Source: Daejeonella sp.
GTDB lineage: Bacteria > Bacteroidota > Bacteroidia > Sphingobacteriales > Sphingobacteriaceae
Reading direction: 5' to 3'
DNA: 64,000 nucleotides
Assembly: GCF_036405355.1 (NCBI RefSeq)
Contig: NZ_DASWXT010000068.1
Span: 15,303 to 79,302 of the forward strand
Below the pieces are notes generated by a model. It saw only the letters and a program-made list of their open reading frames with translations. It did not search any database and was not told where the DNA came from. A program made the position numbers and the translations under genes. How positions within the stretch are numbered: the first letter of the stretch is position 1; each line of letters opens with the position of its first letter. Below, piece after piece: positions 10,076 through 20,114 of this stretch.

Positions 10076-11428
10076 TTATAGTTTATCTCTGTTCTCATAA
10101 ACTTTCATGATCGCATTGACAACATCATCCATATCCTGTGTGCTGCCCAGTAAAGATGCAACTCCTTCAAGTACCACCATTTCCTCATTACAGACTAAAT
10201 CACAAACTGGCATTTGCATTTCTTCCTTGTAACGTTTAAGCCGGGCTGCTGAATACAATGCCTTGTATTCTCTTAATCCGATAATTTCGTCCACCCATGG
10301 CTCAACATGAAAACCTCTGGCAATGTATGGGCTCAGATTAATCCCTTCTGCAGATAGTGCTTTCAGAAATTTACTTCTGTCGGCATTGTTAAAATGCTCT
10401 TTCCGATAGCTCATTGCATATTTATAATAGCCGGAACTTTCGGTTCCAGGATACTTTTTTTGAGGAACCAGTCCGGGAAAACCCTTAAGCTTAGCATCCA
10501 GATAAGCTGCATTTGCATTACGCTTATCAAAACGCTCTCTGGCACCGGCAATCTGCCCCATCAGCACTGCACCTTCGAATTCATTCATACGGTATTTAGG
10601 TCCAATTGTCACATTAAAACCTTTACGATTGGTACCGTGATTCTGGACTGTATAACATCTGTCCATCAAAACCTCATCATTTCCAATGATCGCACCACCT
10701 TCTCCACAGGATATCTGCTTGCTGGCCTGAAAACTAAAACAGCCTAAATCACCAATGGTTCCCAATTGCTTACCCTGATATTTTGCAAAGTTTGCCTGAC
10801 AGGCATCCTCAATTACTTTCAGATTATGTTTTCTGGCAATAGCCATAATACGCTCCATATTGCAGGGCATACCCATAATATGAACGGGAATAATAGCTTT
10901 CGTGTTCTTATTAATCTTCTTTTCTATCTCATCAGGATCAAGCTGGAATGAATCTCTGTCCAGATCTACCAATACTGGTAAGGCCCGGCTCGTTAAAATA
11001 GCTGAAACCGTCCCGAAATCACTGTATGGTGAAGTAATGATCTCATCTCCGGGTCCAAAATCCATGGCCTCAACTGAAGTCGCGAGTGCCTGAGTTCCCG
11101 ATCCTGTTCCAATACAGAGCTTGGTACCCATCAAACGGGCATATTCCTTCTCAAAGGTGGCCACAGTTCCGGCAGGTGATTGAATGCGGCTCCAGATCCC
11201 ACTTTTGGTTGTTTTCACAACCGAGTCAATTAGTTTCTCATCGGCAATCATTGCAGGCCATTTAGGCCAGACCTTTATTCTTACCGGTGTTCCACCATGT
11301 ATAGCCAGTTTCCCGGTGTTTCGTGAGGTATTTCCAAAGGCAGGAATCACGTTGGAAAAAGCAGTTGCAACGGTAGTTGCCGTAACTGCAGTAATAAAAT
11401 TTCTTCTAGTTAAGTCGTTTAATTTCAT
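10076..11428 (-). CDS. Tat-exported DegT/DnrJ/EryC1/StrS PLP aminotransferase
   Basis: LTRRNFIT Tat motif; SGTQAL, VIEDACQA, CFSFQASKQISCGEGG (PLP lysine). Confidence 0.9.
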   Translation of the reverse strand: MKLNDLTRRNFITAVTATTVATAFSNVIPAFGNTSRNTGKLAIHGGTPVRIKVWPKWPAMIADEKLIDSVVKTTKSGIWSRIQSPAGTVATFEKEYARLMGTKLCIGTGSGTQALATSVEAMDFGPGDEIITSPYSDFGTVSAILTSRALPVLVDLDRDSFQLDPDEIEKKINKNTKAIIPVHIMGMPCNMERIMAIARKHNLKVIEDACQANFAKYQGKQLGTIGDLGCFSFQASKQISCGEGGAIIGNDEVLMDRCYTVQNHGTNRKGFNVTIGPKYRMNEFEGAVLMGQIAGARERFDKRNANAAYLDAKLKGFPGLVPQKKYPGTESSGYYKYAMSYRKEHFNNADRSKFLKALSAEGINLSPYIARGFHVEPWVDEIIGLREYKALYSAARLKRYKEEMQMPVCDLVCNEEMVVLEGVASLLGSTQDMDDVVNAIMKVYENRDKL

Positions 11429-11530
11429 ATAGTTAGATTTATCCAGATGTCTGGGATGAATATAATTTCAGAACTATTCTTCAACTCAAAATAGCTTTTA
11501 AGTTAAAATATATCCTAATATAAAAATATG

Positions 11531-11544
11531 CGTGTACGTAACCG
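11531..11544. promoter_or_regulatory. Operator copy 1 (putative LacI site)
   Basis: CGTGTACGTAACCG, upstream of DegT-1. Confidence 0.8.
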
Positions 11545-11575
11545 AATTTATTTACAAATTAGACAATAAAACAAA
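11543..11575 (-). promoter_or_regulatory. Candidate Bacteroidetes sigma70 promoter of DegT-1 operon
   Basis: Minus-strand -33 TTTG (11572-75), 21-bp spacer, -7 TAAATTCG (11543-50) overlapping the operator. Confidence 0.45.
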
Positions 11576-11587
11576 AAGGATCAGTAC

Positions 11588-12988
11588 TTATTCAGATTTT
11601 CCTGTTAACAGTTTATGTATTGCTTTCATTAAGATTCCTTCTGCCTCGGCAGTTACCCCAGAAGCCTGACCGGTTTCATAACCTCCCTGCGAATAAGCTA
11701 TCGCATTGCCAATATAACCAACAGCATAGTCGCCATATCCGGCAACAGCCACAAACAGATCCGGCCGCTCAGCTTTAGCAGCAAGCTGATACTCCACAAA
11801 AGGCTCACCCGGAAGATGCAGAATTCGTGCATTTCCGATACTTAGCAATGAAATATCAATCTTCTTCCCTGCTTCTAAGCGCTTTAACCAAACCAGCTTG
11901 GATAGATTATTGGATAAAAAAACTGAGGTTTGTGTTTTCATCGCTGCTTCCAGGTTCTCAATACCAGCTGCTGGCTTTAAGGCGACTGATTCAATACTCC
12001 ATTTCACAGAAGCCGGACTTACAGGATCACGTTTGGTATTATCCCAGGCGCGCTTCATCCCGTCTGCCAGTCGCTCAGCAAGGATTAGCCTGTTTTCCTT
12101 AGCACCGTCATTATATTTTCCGGCTGTTAAATTACCTCCGGCTCCATTAAAATGAATGTGCAGAGCATCAGGAACAGCCAGCTGACGCATAAAACGCGCA
12201 ATTCCGGGAAAATCTGGATTTGAAATACCGGTACGGTAATAACTTTGTGGATGAGAGGCATAATAACTAAGTACTGCTAATGGTTTGTCGTTATTCCAAA
12301 AACTGATCAGAGATACCATCGGATCAATTAGTCCTTCGGGAGCAGCACGAATAACAGAATCTTTTGTTGCTGAGGTGCGGGTATACTTAACTTTTCCATC
12401 AGGACCAAGAATCCGGCGGTTTGAAGCCACTTTATAAACCTCAGCCTGCCCGGTTCCGATATGAGTAAAAGGAACAGCGGTAACAATTGATTTACGAATA
12501 GCCTGACCCAGACGCTGGATCAGATCCCTTGCATAGCTACCTTCGAATGCCATCGTACTTAATCCGGCTGTTTTTAGCATATTCTCAGCACCAAAATCAG
12601 AGGTCGGCGCATCATGCTGGTGAATAGCATGTACTACCACTCTCGAAGGAATTGTACCCGCAGCTTCAGCCATAATGCGTTTAAATTCATCCTGACTATC
12701 ATTGGCAATACCAATCCAATCTACTGAGCACATTACAATCGGTTCACCTGCACCTAAGATCACAATACCTTTTGCCCTTAAACCCAGATCCCAGCTATTG
12801 ATCATCGGATCATAAGTTAAACTGCTGCCAACAGGTGGAGTTGCATCTACATCAAATGTTGCCAGTTTCAATTGACTCTGAACAGTATTTGGATAGAAAT
12901 CTGCTGCGAGAGCAGAAAAGGTACTATTCAATAAAAGTATATTGAAACAAAGAAGAAAAGTGTAAATGGACCTAAAGATAATTCTCAT
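11588..12988 (-). CDS. Secreted neutral-ceramidase-like (Zn amidase fold) protein
   Basis: Signal peptide; ATFDVDATP, AIHQHDAP, YASHPQ, LHLPGEPFVEYQ, YGDY..GYI...GGYE. Confidence 0.65.
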   Translation of the reverse strand: MRIIFRSIYTFLLCFNILLLNSTFSALAADFYPNTVQSQLKLATFDVDATPPVGSSLTYDPMINSWDLGLRAKGIVILGAGEPIVMCSVDWIGIANDSQDEFKRIMAEAAGTIPSRVVVHAIHQHDAPTSDFGAENMLKTAGLSTMAFEGSYARDLIQRLGQAIRKSIVTAVPFTHIGTGQAEVYKVASNRRILGPDGKVKYTRTSATKDSVIRAAPEGLIDPMVSLISFWNNDKPLAVLSYYASHPQSYYRTGISNPDFPGIARFMRQLAVPDALHIHFNGAGGNLTAGKYNDGAKENRLILAERLADGMKRAWDNTKRDPVSPASVKWSIESVALKPAAGIENLEAAMKTQTSVFLSNNLSKLVWLKRLEAGKKIDISLLSIGNARILHLPGEPFVEYQLAAKAERPDLFVAVAGYGDYAVGYIGNAIAYSQGGYETGQASGVTAEAEGILMKAIHKLLTGKSE

Positions 12989-13130
12989 AGTTTAATCTGT
13001 TTTTTGCATCAATTTTCCTGTTTATTAAAAAATCGATATGGCTATTGAATGATGAATATGCTGCAATTCGTGTTCTTCACTTGCCCTTCTACTCTGCCGC
13101 TGGTTTATTACTTATAGAGCTCAAAGAATT

Positions 13131-14192
13131 TTAATTTCTATAGAATGCACTATTCTCTTTCGTCAGAATATCAATAGGCATAAAATAAATCTTCTCTACG
13201 GGAGAAGAGAAAGCAAGGTGCTGATAGAGTGATATAAGTCCCCTGTAGCCCTGCTGCTTCGGTTTCTGACAAACTAAAAAGTCGATGATTCCTTTATCCA
13301 TGTACTCAATATTCTCCTTCAAAAAATCATATCCAATCAGAATCACATCCTTTTTTGAACTATCAATAAAATGAGCAACTTTAGAGACTCTGGAATTAGT
13401 TACAAAAACGATCCTGATATCATTATGTTCAGTAAAAATATTGCTCAAATACTTTTCAATTGATTTAAGATCGGTATCTCTTATATCAATTTTCAAAATA
13501 TTATCTGGCTTTTTATGCTTGTCAAAATAAGCCCTGAATCCTTCTTCCTTTTTTAAAAGATGATGATGATTATCGATCTCCCTAGAAATATTTACTATGA
13601 GTATTTTTTCACCGTTTTTAATCAGATAACTCACCAGGTGGGCAGCAAGATAGCCGCTGTGATACAGATTTGGACCGATATAACTCAGGCTACCTCCATT
13701 GGGAAGATCTGAATCAATCAGAACATAGGGAATATTTAATTGCCTGCATTTATCTGTAAACCTGACGGACTCTTCAATAAAAGAAGGTGCAAGTAAAATA
13801 CCATCGGGGTTACTTTCAAGAATAATCTTTGTTTGTTCAACAAAAGATTCAATCTTATTCTGATCGTAGAAATATTTATCAATGATAATTCCAAACTGCT
13901 TGATTTCTTTATCAGCCTGCTCTATTCCTTTCAATGGGGCATCCCAAAAACTGGTTTCCTTTGAAATCTCGGGTATCAGGGTAGCTAAACGAAGGATTTT
14001 TCTGGAGGCAAGCCTTTGCGCAAGCAGGTTAGGCTCATAATTTAATTCCTCAATTATGCCGAGAATCTTTTCCTTGGTTTGTTTGGATACCCCTTTTCTG
14101 TTATGAAGTACACGATCGACAGTAGCAATTGAAACATTAGCCCTTCTGGCAATTTCTTTTACTCCCGTAAGTTCATTAACTCGCTTTTTCAT
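13131..14192 (-). CDS. LacI-family transcriptional regulator
   Basis: HTH VKEIARRANVSIATVDRVLHNR, LNYEPN..A hinge, sugar-binding domain; start taken at MKKRV. Confidence 0.93.
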   Translation of the reverse strand: MKKRVNELTGVKEIARRANVSIATVDRVLHNRKGVSKQTKEKILGIIEELNYEPNLLAQRLASRKILRLATLIPEISKETSFWDAPLKGIEQADKEIKQFGIIIDKYFYDQNKIESFVEQTKIILESNPDGILLAPSFIEESVRFTDKCRQLNIPYVLIDSDLPNGGSLSYIGPNLYHSGYLAAHLVSYLIKNGEKILIVNISREIDNHHHLLKKEEGFRAYFDKHKKPDNILKIDIRDTDLKSIEKYLSNIFTEHNDIRIVFVTNSRVSKVAHFIDSSKKDVILIGYDFLKENIEYMDKGIIDFLVCQKPKQQGYRGLISLYQHLAFSSPVEKIYFMPIDILTKENSAFYRN

Positions 14193-14298
14193 AACAAATT
14201 TCAAAAATGTTTTTTAGTGTATCACTTACACAATAATAACTTTTATCCCCGGCTTTTCAAATCAAATTATTGGAAACATTTCATTTTATTAATATATT

Positions 14299-14312
14299 CG
14301 TTAACGTACCCG
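14299..14312. promoter_or_regulatory. Operator copy 2
   Basis: CGTTAACGTACCCG in the divergent gap between lacI and the 14369 gene. Confidence 0.75.
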
Positions 14313-14368
14313 TGAATCAGATATTAGAAATGTCAGCTTTTAAATCCAAACAAAAAATATTACCCGAT

Positions 14369-15931
14369 ATGAAAAACATATTGCTTATTTCCCTGGGGTT
14401 AACTATACCATTTGGAGTTTCCGGTGATAAGGTAAATTCAGAAATTAAAATGCACCCGGGTTTCAAGGCAGATTCGATAGAAATATCAAGAGCCAGGGCA
14501 GATATGCTGATCTCTAAACTTCCTAAAGCAGATCCATGGGATGCCAGACCGGATGGAAGTGCTTTGGCCTGGGGTGAAGCAGCTACACTTGAAACGCTCG
14601 TAGATATGTATGAAGCCACAGATGATCCTGCTTATCTGAAAGAAGCTGCACGCCGGGGCGACCGTATGCTGACACATCGTGATGATATTCGGGGTGTAAA
14701 TGATGGTTCCGGAAAAAGCCGGCCTGCATGGAGCATGGGGTTAAAATATGTTGTTGCAAAAGGAGCATTGCTGGATGCCACAGGAAAAATTGCGATCAGT
14801 ATACGCTCCACCCCTTCCTCAAACAATAATCTGACTATTATCGAGCTTATTCCTGACTCAAAATCAAATAGTTTCGGCTTAAAATTAAGCAACAGTTTTT
14901 TTAAGCGGACTGAAATATTTTCGAATCTGAGTATAAATCCTAATGATGAAAGATTCATTGAAAAAATAGTTAATGATCCATTTTCACCGTATTCGACACG
15001 TGCGGGAGATTTTTCTGATACTAAATCAAACCTGATCAGAGTTAAAGTCACTGGATCGACTGTACCTATTGCACAAAGTATAAGCTTAGAGCCTATAACA
15101 CTAGCCTATTCAGGCTACCTGGGTATAATTTATCACCCACTGCTCAGATTGGCCGAACTCGCAAGACAGAAAAGCGAATTAACTGAGCTGCGGCCCGCTG
15201 CTGAACGTTTTATAAAGGCGGCTGAAGAATCTTATCTTGATGCATCATCCCGCTTATGGCGAAATGGCCCAAATCAGGGTGAGGGTTATTATTTAACCTG
15301 TGAAAGAGGAGAATCATTTCCGGCTGACAATGTAGGACAACCTATCAATTTCCTGGGTATGCATACCAGCTCTCAACTTGCATTATATCGTTTAACCGGT
15401 AAAAAGGAATATCTTGAACGTTCTGAAAAGATGGCAAGACTACTGAAAAATCGTTTGCAGTATAATCAGGATTCAGATCTCTATGTATGGACCTACTGGT
15501 ATGAACCTATGACTACCATTGGATGGAAACCTGAAGATATGCTTTCTTCAAATGTTATGATCTATAAAGGTTCGCCAAATGTTGAGGACAGCTCACATGG
15601 AGTACTTGATATTGCTATGGTAACTGCTGCCAACCGTTCCGGAATAGTCTTTACAAAAGAGGATGTCATGAGATTTTCAAATACCCTGTTAAAAAATGTG
15701 ATCCTTCCCGACAGAAGCGGGATTCGAAGGGCAGTTGATGGCAAGGGTGGCGATCATGCAGCATACTTCCCTATTCTACATGGATGGCTGGAATTGGCGG
15801 CGTATAATCCGGAAGTATACCAGGAAATTCGCAGGACGTATTTGAACAGGTCTGAAGAAAATCTTGCCTTTACAGCCGAATTATTAAGATGGGAACGCAA
15901 AATGAAAGCAATTTCATCAGCTTCTAAATAA
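14369..15931 (+). CDS. Hypothetical (alpha/alpha)-toroid protein with inserted beta-domain
   Basis: Helical repeats LAWGEA...MYEATDDPAYL, LYRLTGKKEYL, VWTYW, EDSSHG. Start moved to ATG 14369 because the ORF-track start would place operator 2 inside the CDS. Confidence 0.65.
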   Translation: MKNILLISLGLTIPFGVSGDKVNSEIKMHPGFKADSIEISRARADMLISKLPKADPWDARPDGSALAWGEAATLETLVDMYEATDDPAYLKEAARRGDRMLTHRDDIRGVNDGSGKSRPAWSMGLKYVVAKGALLDATGKIAISIRSTPSSNNNLTIIELIPDSKSNSFGLKLSNSFFKRTEIFSNLSINPNDERFIEKIVNDPFSPYSTRAGDFSDTKSNLIRVKVTGSTVPIAQSISLEPITLAYSGYLGIIYHPLLRLAELARQKSELTELRPAAERFIKAAEESYLDASSRLWRNGPNQGEGYYLTCERGESFPADNVGQPINFLGMHTSSQLALYRLTGKKEYLERSEKMARLLKNRLQYNQDSDLYVWTYWYEPMTTIGWKPEDMLSSNVMIYKGSPNVEDSSHGVLDIAMVTAANRSGIVFTKEDVMRFSNTLLKNVILPDRSGIRRAVDGKGGDHAAYFPILHGWLELAAYNPEVYQEIRRTYLNRSEENLAFTAELLRWERKMKAISSASK

Positions 15932-15988
15932 CTCATGAATAGCTTTTAATTCAGAAAATTATTAATTTATATTTTATCATTGATAATT

Positions 15989-16897
15989 ATGGCTGCAAAA
16001 GATACATCAAGACGCGATTTTATTAAAAAAAGCTCACTGGGAGGACTGGGAACTGCATTGGGAATTGGAACAGTGATCCCTGCAATTGCAGAAGAGGGTC
16101 TGAATACATCTGAACATTCAATCAGTGATGAAAAGCTTCATGTTAAACCCAGATTTCATAACTGGATTGTGGATGAAGGTGAAGAATGGCTTGAGCTTAA
16201 TACCAAACAGGCAAACCTCGACTGGAATATTCCGGTTTCTCAATGTGCACTCGTTTTACTTGATGTATGGCAGCGACACTATCTGAAGGAACCCGAAGAA
16301 AGGGCAGAAAAGATTATCAATGAAAAATATATTCCTTTATTAAAAAGTTGCAGAGAATACGGAATGGAAGTAATCCATTGTCCATCGCCACAAGTCGCAA
16401 AAACACATCCAAACTGGGTCAAACTGATGACGGAAGCCGAACTAAAACCAGTTCCGGATAGCTGGCCACCTAAAGAATTTCGCAATTTAAGTGGCCCATA
16501 TAATGCTTACAGGCGTCCATTTACACCAAAAGAAGCAGAACGTAATGCACTCACACCACTGACCTTTCACCCCAGGGTTGTTCCGCTGAATAATGAGGCA
16601 GTTATTGCATACGGAGAGGAATTGCACCGCTATTGTAAACAAAAAGGTATACTGTTCCTGTTCTTTGCCGGTTTTAATACAAATGCTTGTCTTATCACCA
16701 GAGATTATGGTGTACTGCAAATGAATTATAGGGGATATCAGGTAAGTGTAATCCGTGATTGTACCACCGGAATGGAATCCAGAGAAACTCAGGCTGGTTT
16801 GTTACAAACCAATGGAGCCCTGCTTTTTTTTGAAATGTACGGTCAATACACAGTTACTTCAAACGAAATAATCACTGGATTTTCGAGAAAAGCTTAA
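15989..16897 (+). CDS. Tat-exported isochorismatase-family cysteine hydrolase
   Basis: TSRRDFIK Tat motif; ALVLLDVW, FAGFNTNAC, VIRDCT. Confidence 0.82.
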   Translation: MAAKDTSRRDFIKKSSLGGLGTALGIGTVIPAIAEEGLNTSEHSISDEKLHVKPRFHNWIVDEGEEWLELNTKQANLDWNIPVSQCALVLLDVWQRHYLKEPEERAEKIINEKYIPLLKSCREYGMEVIHCPSPQVAKTHPNWVKLMTEAELKPVPDSWPPKEFRNLSGPYNAYRRPFTPKEAERNALTPLTFHPRVVPLNNEAVIAYGEELHRYCKQKGILFLFFAGFNTNACLITRDYGVLQMNYRGYQVSVIRDCTTGMESRETQAGLLQTNGALLFFEMYGQYTVTSNEIITGFSRKA

Positions 16898-17014
16898 TTA
16901 TTTAGTTGCCAGCTATCTGTTGTCAGCAATATATTGGTTCATTGAAAATCAGATAATCAATTACTCTAAGTCAGTTACTTGTTTTAAGCTTTCTGCTTTT
17001 AGCTTAAGGAGCTC

Positions 17015-18019
17015 CTACTTCCAGTCCACCGGAAGTTTCAATGACCAAACATCATTAACTAATGGAGGTGTCATCCCTCCTGCTATCCATATTTTATCCT
17101 GAAAGATAAAGGCTGATTGTTCATGACGGCCTTTCCATACTTTTTCTGATTTAAACTCTTCCCAGGTAATTCCATCCTTGCTGCTCCAAACATCTGAATG
17201 ATTTTTATATGGATTATTTGACCATCCGGCCATCACCCATATCCGGTCACGATAGACGACTGATGAAAACCATAAGCGTTCATGCCAGGGAGCAGCACTG
17301 GTCAGTTTTGTCCAGTGAATACCATCTTCAGAGCTCCAGACATCATTTTTGGCATGATATTCAGGAACATAGTTTCCGCCTCCAAAAACGTAAATTTTAC
17401 CATTCAAAACGGCAGCCTGATGATATGCCCTGGGTGACCAGCCTGCATCTGCTGTAGCCAGTTTCCAGTCTCTTCCATTTGAAGAATACCATACATCATT
17501 TTTGAGACTGGTTTGATCCCCAAAATAATAGTTCTCAGTACCTCCAAGCAACCATAGTTTCCCCTTAAATTCTACTAAAGCAGAGGCTATTCTCGGTGAC
17601 CATGCTGCCTTATTTGTTTCAAGCTTCCAGTCAATCCCATTTTTTGAAGTCCATACCTTATTACTTGCTGAATGGCCCTTCAGACGTCCATTGTACCAGC
17701 CTCCCATCATAAACATTTTATTTTTGAATGTAATAGACATCGAGAGGTCGCTGTGTATCCATGGTGCTGAATTCGTATGATTTTTCCAGCTTTTACCATC
17801 AGAGGAACTCCAGACATCACGTGGTGGTGCTTCTTGCGAATTGAACCAGCCTCCAAATATCCATAGTTTGTTTTTGTATACCAGTTCTCCCTGTGAATCT
17901 CTGGCCTGCCATGCGGCATTTGGAGTTTCAAGAACCCAGTCCCCAATCCTTTCCTGCGCATGCACAAAGGGACATATATGAATAGAGGTTAAGAATAGTA
18001 ACAGATAAATAACTCTCAT
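17015..18019 (-). CDS. Secreted Kelch-repeat beta-propeller
   Basis: Six repeats of W..R..H...VF.GK.W..GG...NDVW.S.DG..W; signal peptide. Confidence 0.85.
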   Translation of the reverse strand: MRVIYLLLFLTSIHICPFVHAQERIGDWVLETPNAAWQARDSQGELVYKNKLWIFGGWFNSQEAPPRDVWSSSDGKSWKNHTNSAPWIHSDLSMSITFKNKMFMMGGWYNGRLKGHSASNKVWTSKNGIDWKLETNKAAWSPRIASALVEFKGKLWLLGGTENYYFGDQTSLKNDVWYSSNGRDWKLATADAGWSPRAYHQAAVLNGKIYVFGGGNYVPEYHAKNDVWSSEDGIHWTKLTSAAPWHERLWFSSVVYRDRIWVMAGWSNNPYKNHSDVWSSKDGITWEEFKSEKVWKGRHEQSAFIFQDKIWIAGGMTPPLVNDVWSLKLPVDWK

Positions 18020-18094
18020 AACATTGTGATTTTTAAAGAGCATTTTATATAAATAAATTATTTAAGTAATTAGTTATAATTATTTAATAAACAA

Positions 18095-18901
18095 TTATAT
18101 AGATAATATTTTTTTAGCATTTCCAGATCTCAGCATTTCCATAATTGTATCGTCAGCTTCACCCGGACTTAATGATTCTATTCGCAGCAATCCGGTAAGA
18201 TAATCCAGAATCGGGGAATGGGTACCAAATGCAAATTTATTGGATCCATAGTTTTTCAAAAAATCAGACATATTAGTTATGGTCCTTCCCGAAGTATCAA
18301 ATATTAAATCCGTATTCTTAATGAGTGCCAACTCCTCAGCATTAAGTGTTGCTGCATTGGCAAAGTTCAGAATCATATATTTCGCATCCGGAACGGCTTT
18401 TATTATTGGTAGAATATTTTTGAGATTCCATTCCCTGATCACATTATTCTTAAGATTTGAGATGTCAATCCAGGAACGCTGACGGCTATCGACCATCCTG
18501 AAATTAAAAGCAACAGGTAAACCAAAATCACGAACCCGTTTTACCAGCTCAATACATGCAGGATCAAGGATTTCAAAATCATGGTATTTAGGATAAATTC
18601 GGACTCCTTTAAACCCATATTTGCTGATACAAACATCCAGATCATCACGCCAGCCCGCATAAATGGGGTTGATAACTGCAAAGGGAATAAAACGATCCCG
18701 GAATTTTACTTTTGATCTGATCTCTTCGAATAATTCTTCGTTCGCCGACTGGGTATTTTTATAAAAAATCCCATTCAGATTACTGATTACAGAAATATCC
18801 ACACCAAATTTATTCATTCGTTCGTGCAGGGCATCACAGGTATTATACTTGAGCTGCATAAATGGCCAGTGACCAACGTATGCATTAATATCAATCAACA
18901 T
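18095..18901 (-). CDS. Amidohydrolase_2-like protein with degenerate metal site, no signal peptide
   Basis: IDINAYVGH in place of DxHxH; FKGVRIYP.YH; FAFGTHSP. Confidence 0.75.
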   Translation of the reverse strand: MLIDINAYVGHWPFMQLKYNTCDALHERMNKFGVDISVISNLNGIFYKNTQSANEELFEEIRSKVKFRDRFIPFAVINPIYAGWRDDLDVCISKYGFKGVRIYPKYHDFEILDPACIELVKRVRDFGLPVAFNFRMVDSRQRSWIDISNLKNNVIREWNLKNILPIIKAVPDAKYMILNFANAATLNAEELALIKNTDLIFDTSGRTITNMSDFLKNYGSNKFAFGTHSPILDYLTGLLRIESLSPGEADDTIMEMLRSGNAKKILSI

Positions 18902-19844
18902 TTCTTCCTGATTTTTTTAAAATGGTATTGTAATTATCAAAAAAGACCTTTTTCTTCTGATTTTCGGTGAGATTTGAAGCCAGGATTTTTCCAACGCTCT
19001 GGTAATAGCAATTATCTGATCCAAAGAAAAGGCGATCTTCTCCAAGGCATTTCACCGCAAAATCAATCATGTTCTCTGCATTATTGCTCCCTGAGGTATC
19101 CACATAAATATTGGGGTGTTTTGAAAACAATTTACAGGCATATTCCCAGTCGCCCCCTCCTCCAATATGAGCATACTGCAACATAGCCTCAGGATACCTC
19201 TTTGCTACTTCTACAAAATCTTCCGGAATCGAGGTATTTGGCCTGATACCGATATTATACTTCATTCTGTAACCACCCAGGCCAAGCTGAGCATATGCAT
19301 GCATATGAATTACCATCTTTAGATCAATCATCTTTTCTATGATTGGATAGAACAATGGATCGTTGATCTTTAACTGGGTATATACTTTTAATCCTACCAT
19401 ACCCAAATCAACACAGCGCTTTATCTCTTCCATTGACTCTTTCTGAAAGATAGCATTCAGTGTAAACTGTCCGATCAGACGGTCGGGGTATTGTTTCATG
19501 CATTTAAGCATTAAATCATTATAGGATCTGAATTCTTTGGGTGTTCCTTCCCCACTATAAGCAGGAAGTGAAATATACATCTTGTCTATTCCCAAACGGT
19601 CGGCGAAGAAAACATTCCCTTCAGGACCACCATCAAAGAGATGTGCATGCACATGAGAATCAAGCTTCCGGTATTTCATGACATCTTTCATCAGATTGTA
19701 AGGTGAGGCCGGATATTCTAAACTCAGGGTATCTTCTAAGTTAGCAGACCGGGGTATGCCCATGATCTGCCCTGACACAAAGAGTCCGGCAGCAGATAAT
19801 GCTGTTCTGCTAACAAATTTTCTGCGGTTTATATAGTTTGTCAT
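18891..19844 (-). CDS. Tat-exported amidohydrolase
   Basis: INRRKFVS Tat motif; LDSHVH, VGLK, IHMH, YAHIGGG, YVDTSGS, LFFGSD. Confidence 0.85.
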   Translation of the reverse strand: MTNYINRRKFVSRTALSAAGLFVSGQIMGIPRSANLEDTLSLEYPASPYNLMKDVMKYRKLDSHVHAHLFDGGPEGNVFFADRLGIDKMYISLPAYSGEGTPKEFRSYNDLMLKCMKQYPDRLIGQFTLNAIFQKESMEEIKRCVDLGMVGLKVYTQLKINDPLFYPIIEKMIDLKMVIHMHAYAQLGLGGYRMKYNIGIRPNTSIPEDFVEVAKRYPEAMLQYAHIGGGGDWEYACKLFSKHPNIYVDTSGSNNAENMIDFAVKCLGEDRLFFGSDNCYYQSVGKILASNLTENQKKKVFFDNYNTILKKSGRNVD

Positions 19845-19894
19845 ATTAGATTTTACAGAAATTACATTCAATAATCCAAGTTAAGATTTTTATA

Positions 19895-19908
19895 CGTTTA
19901 CGTACACG
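19895..19908. promoter_or_regulatory. Operator copy 3
   Basis: CGTTTACGTACACG in the divergent gap amidohydrolase/murQ. Confidence 0.8.
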
Positions 19909-20114
19909 TGTAACTGTCCTTTTTGCATAAATTAAATTACATAGTAAAGATTAAGCTCCATAGAAAACGAATAATTAATGTTTTTGGGGCAGTAACACAT
20001 TGTGGAGGATGCCATTTTAAGGACAAATGATGTTGACTGAAATATTCGTATTATTGACATTATAAACCAGAAACATAATCACAAAAGGGATATTGAAATA
20101 TCCTTAAAATAAAT

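Noticed and set aside
14270-14368. Track starts upstream of the chosen ATGs (also 39545, 42579, 45694, 19871, 18043, 59582)
   Set aside because: The extensions overlap operators, a terminator or neighbouring genes, or bury the signal peptide; start choices remain tentative
17015-18019. Calling the Kelch protein nanM and the aldolase nanA
   Set aside because: Fold-level similarity only; no sialidase, nanE or nanT context
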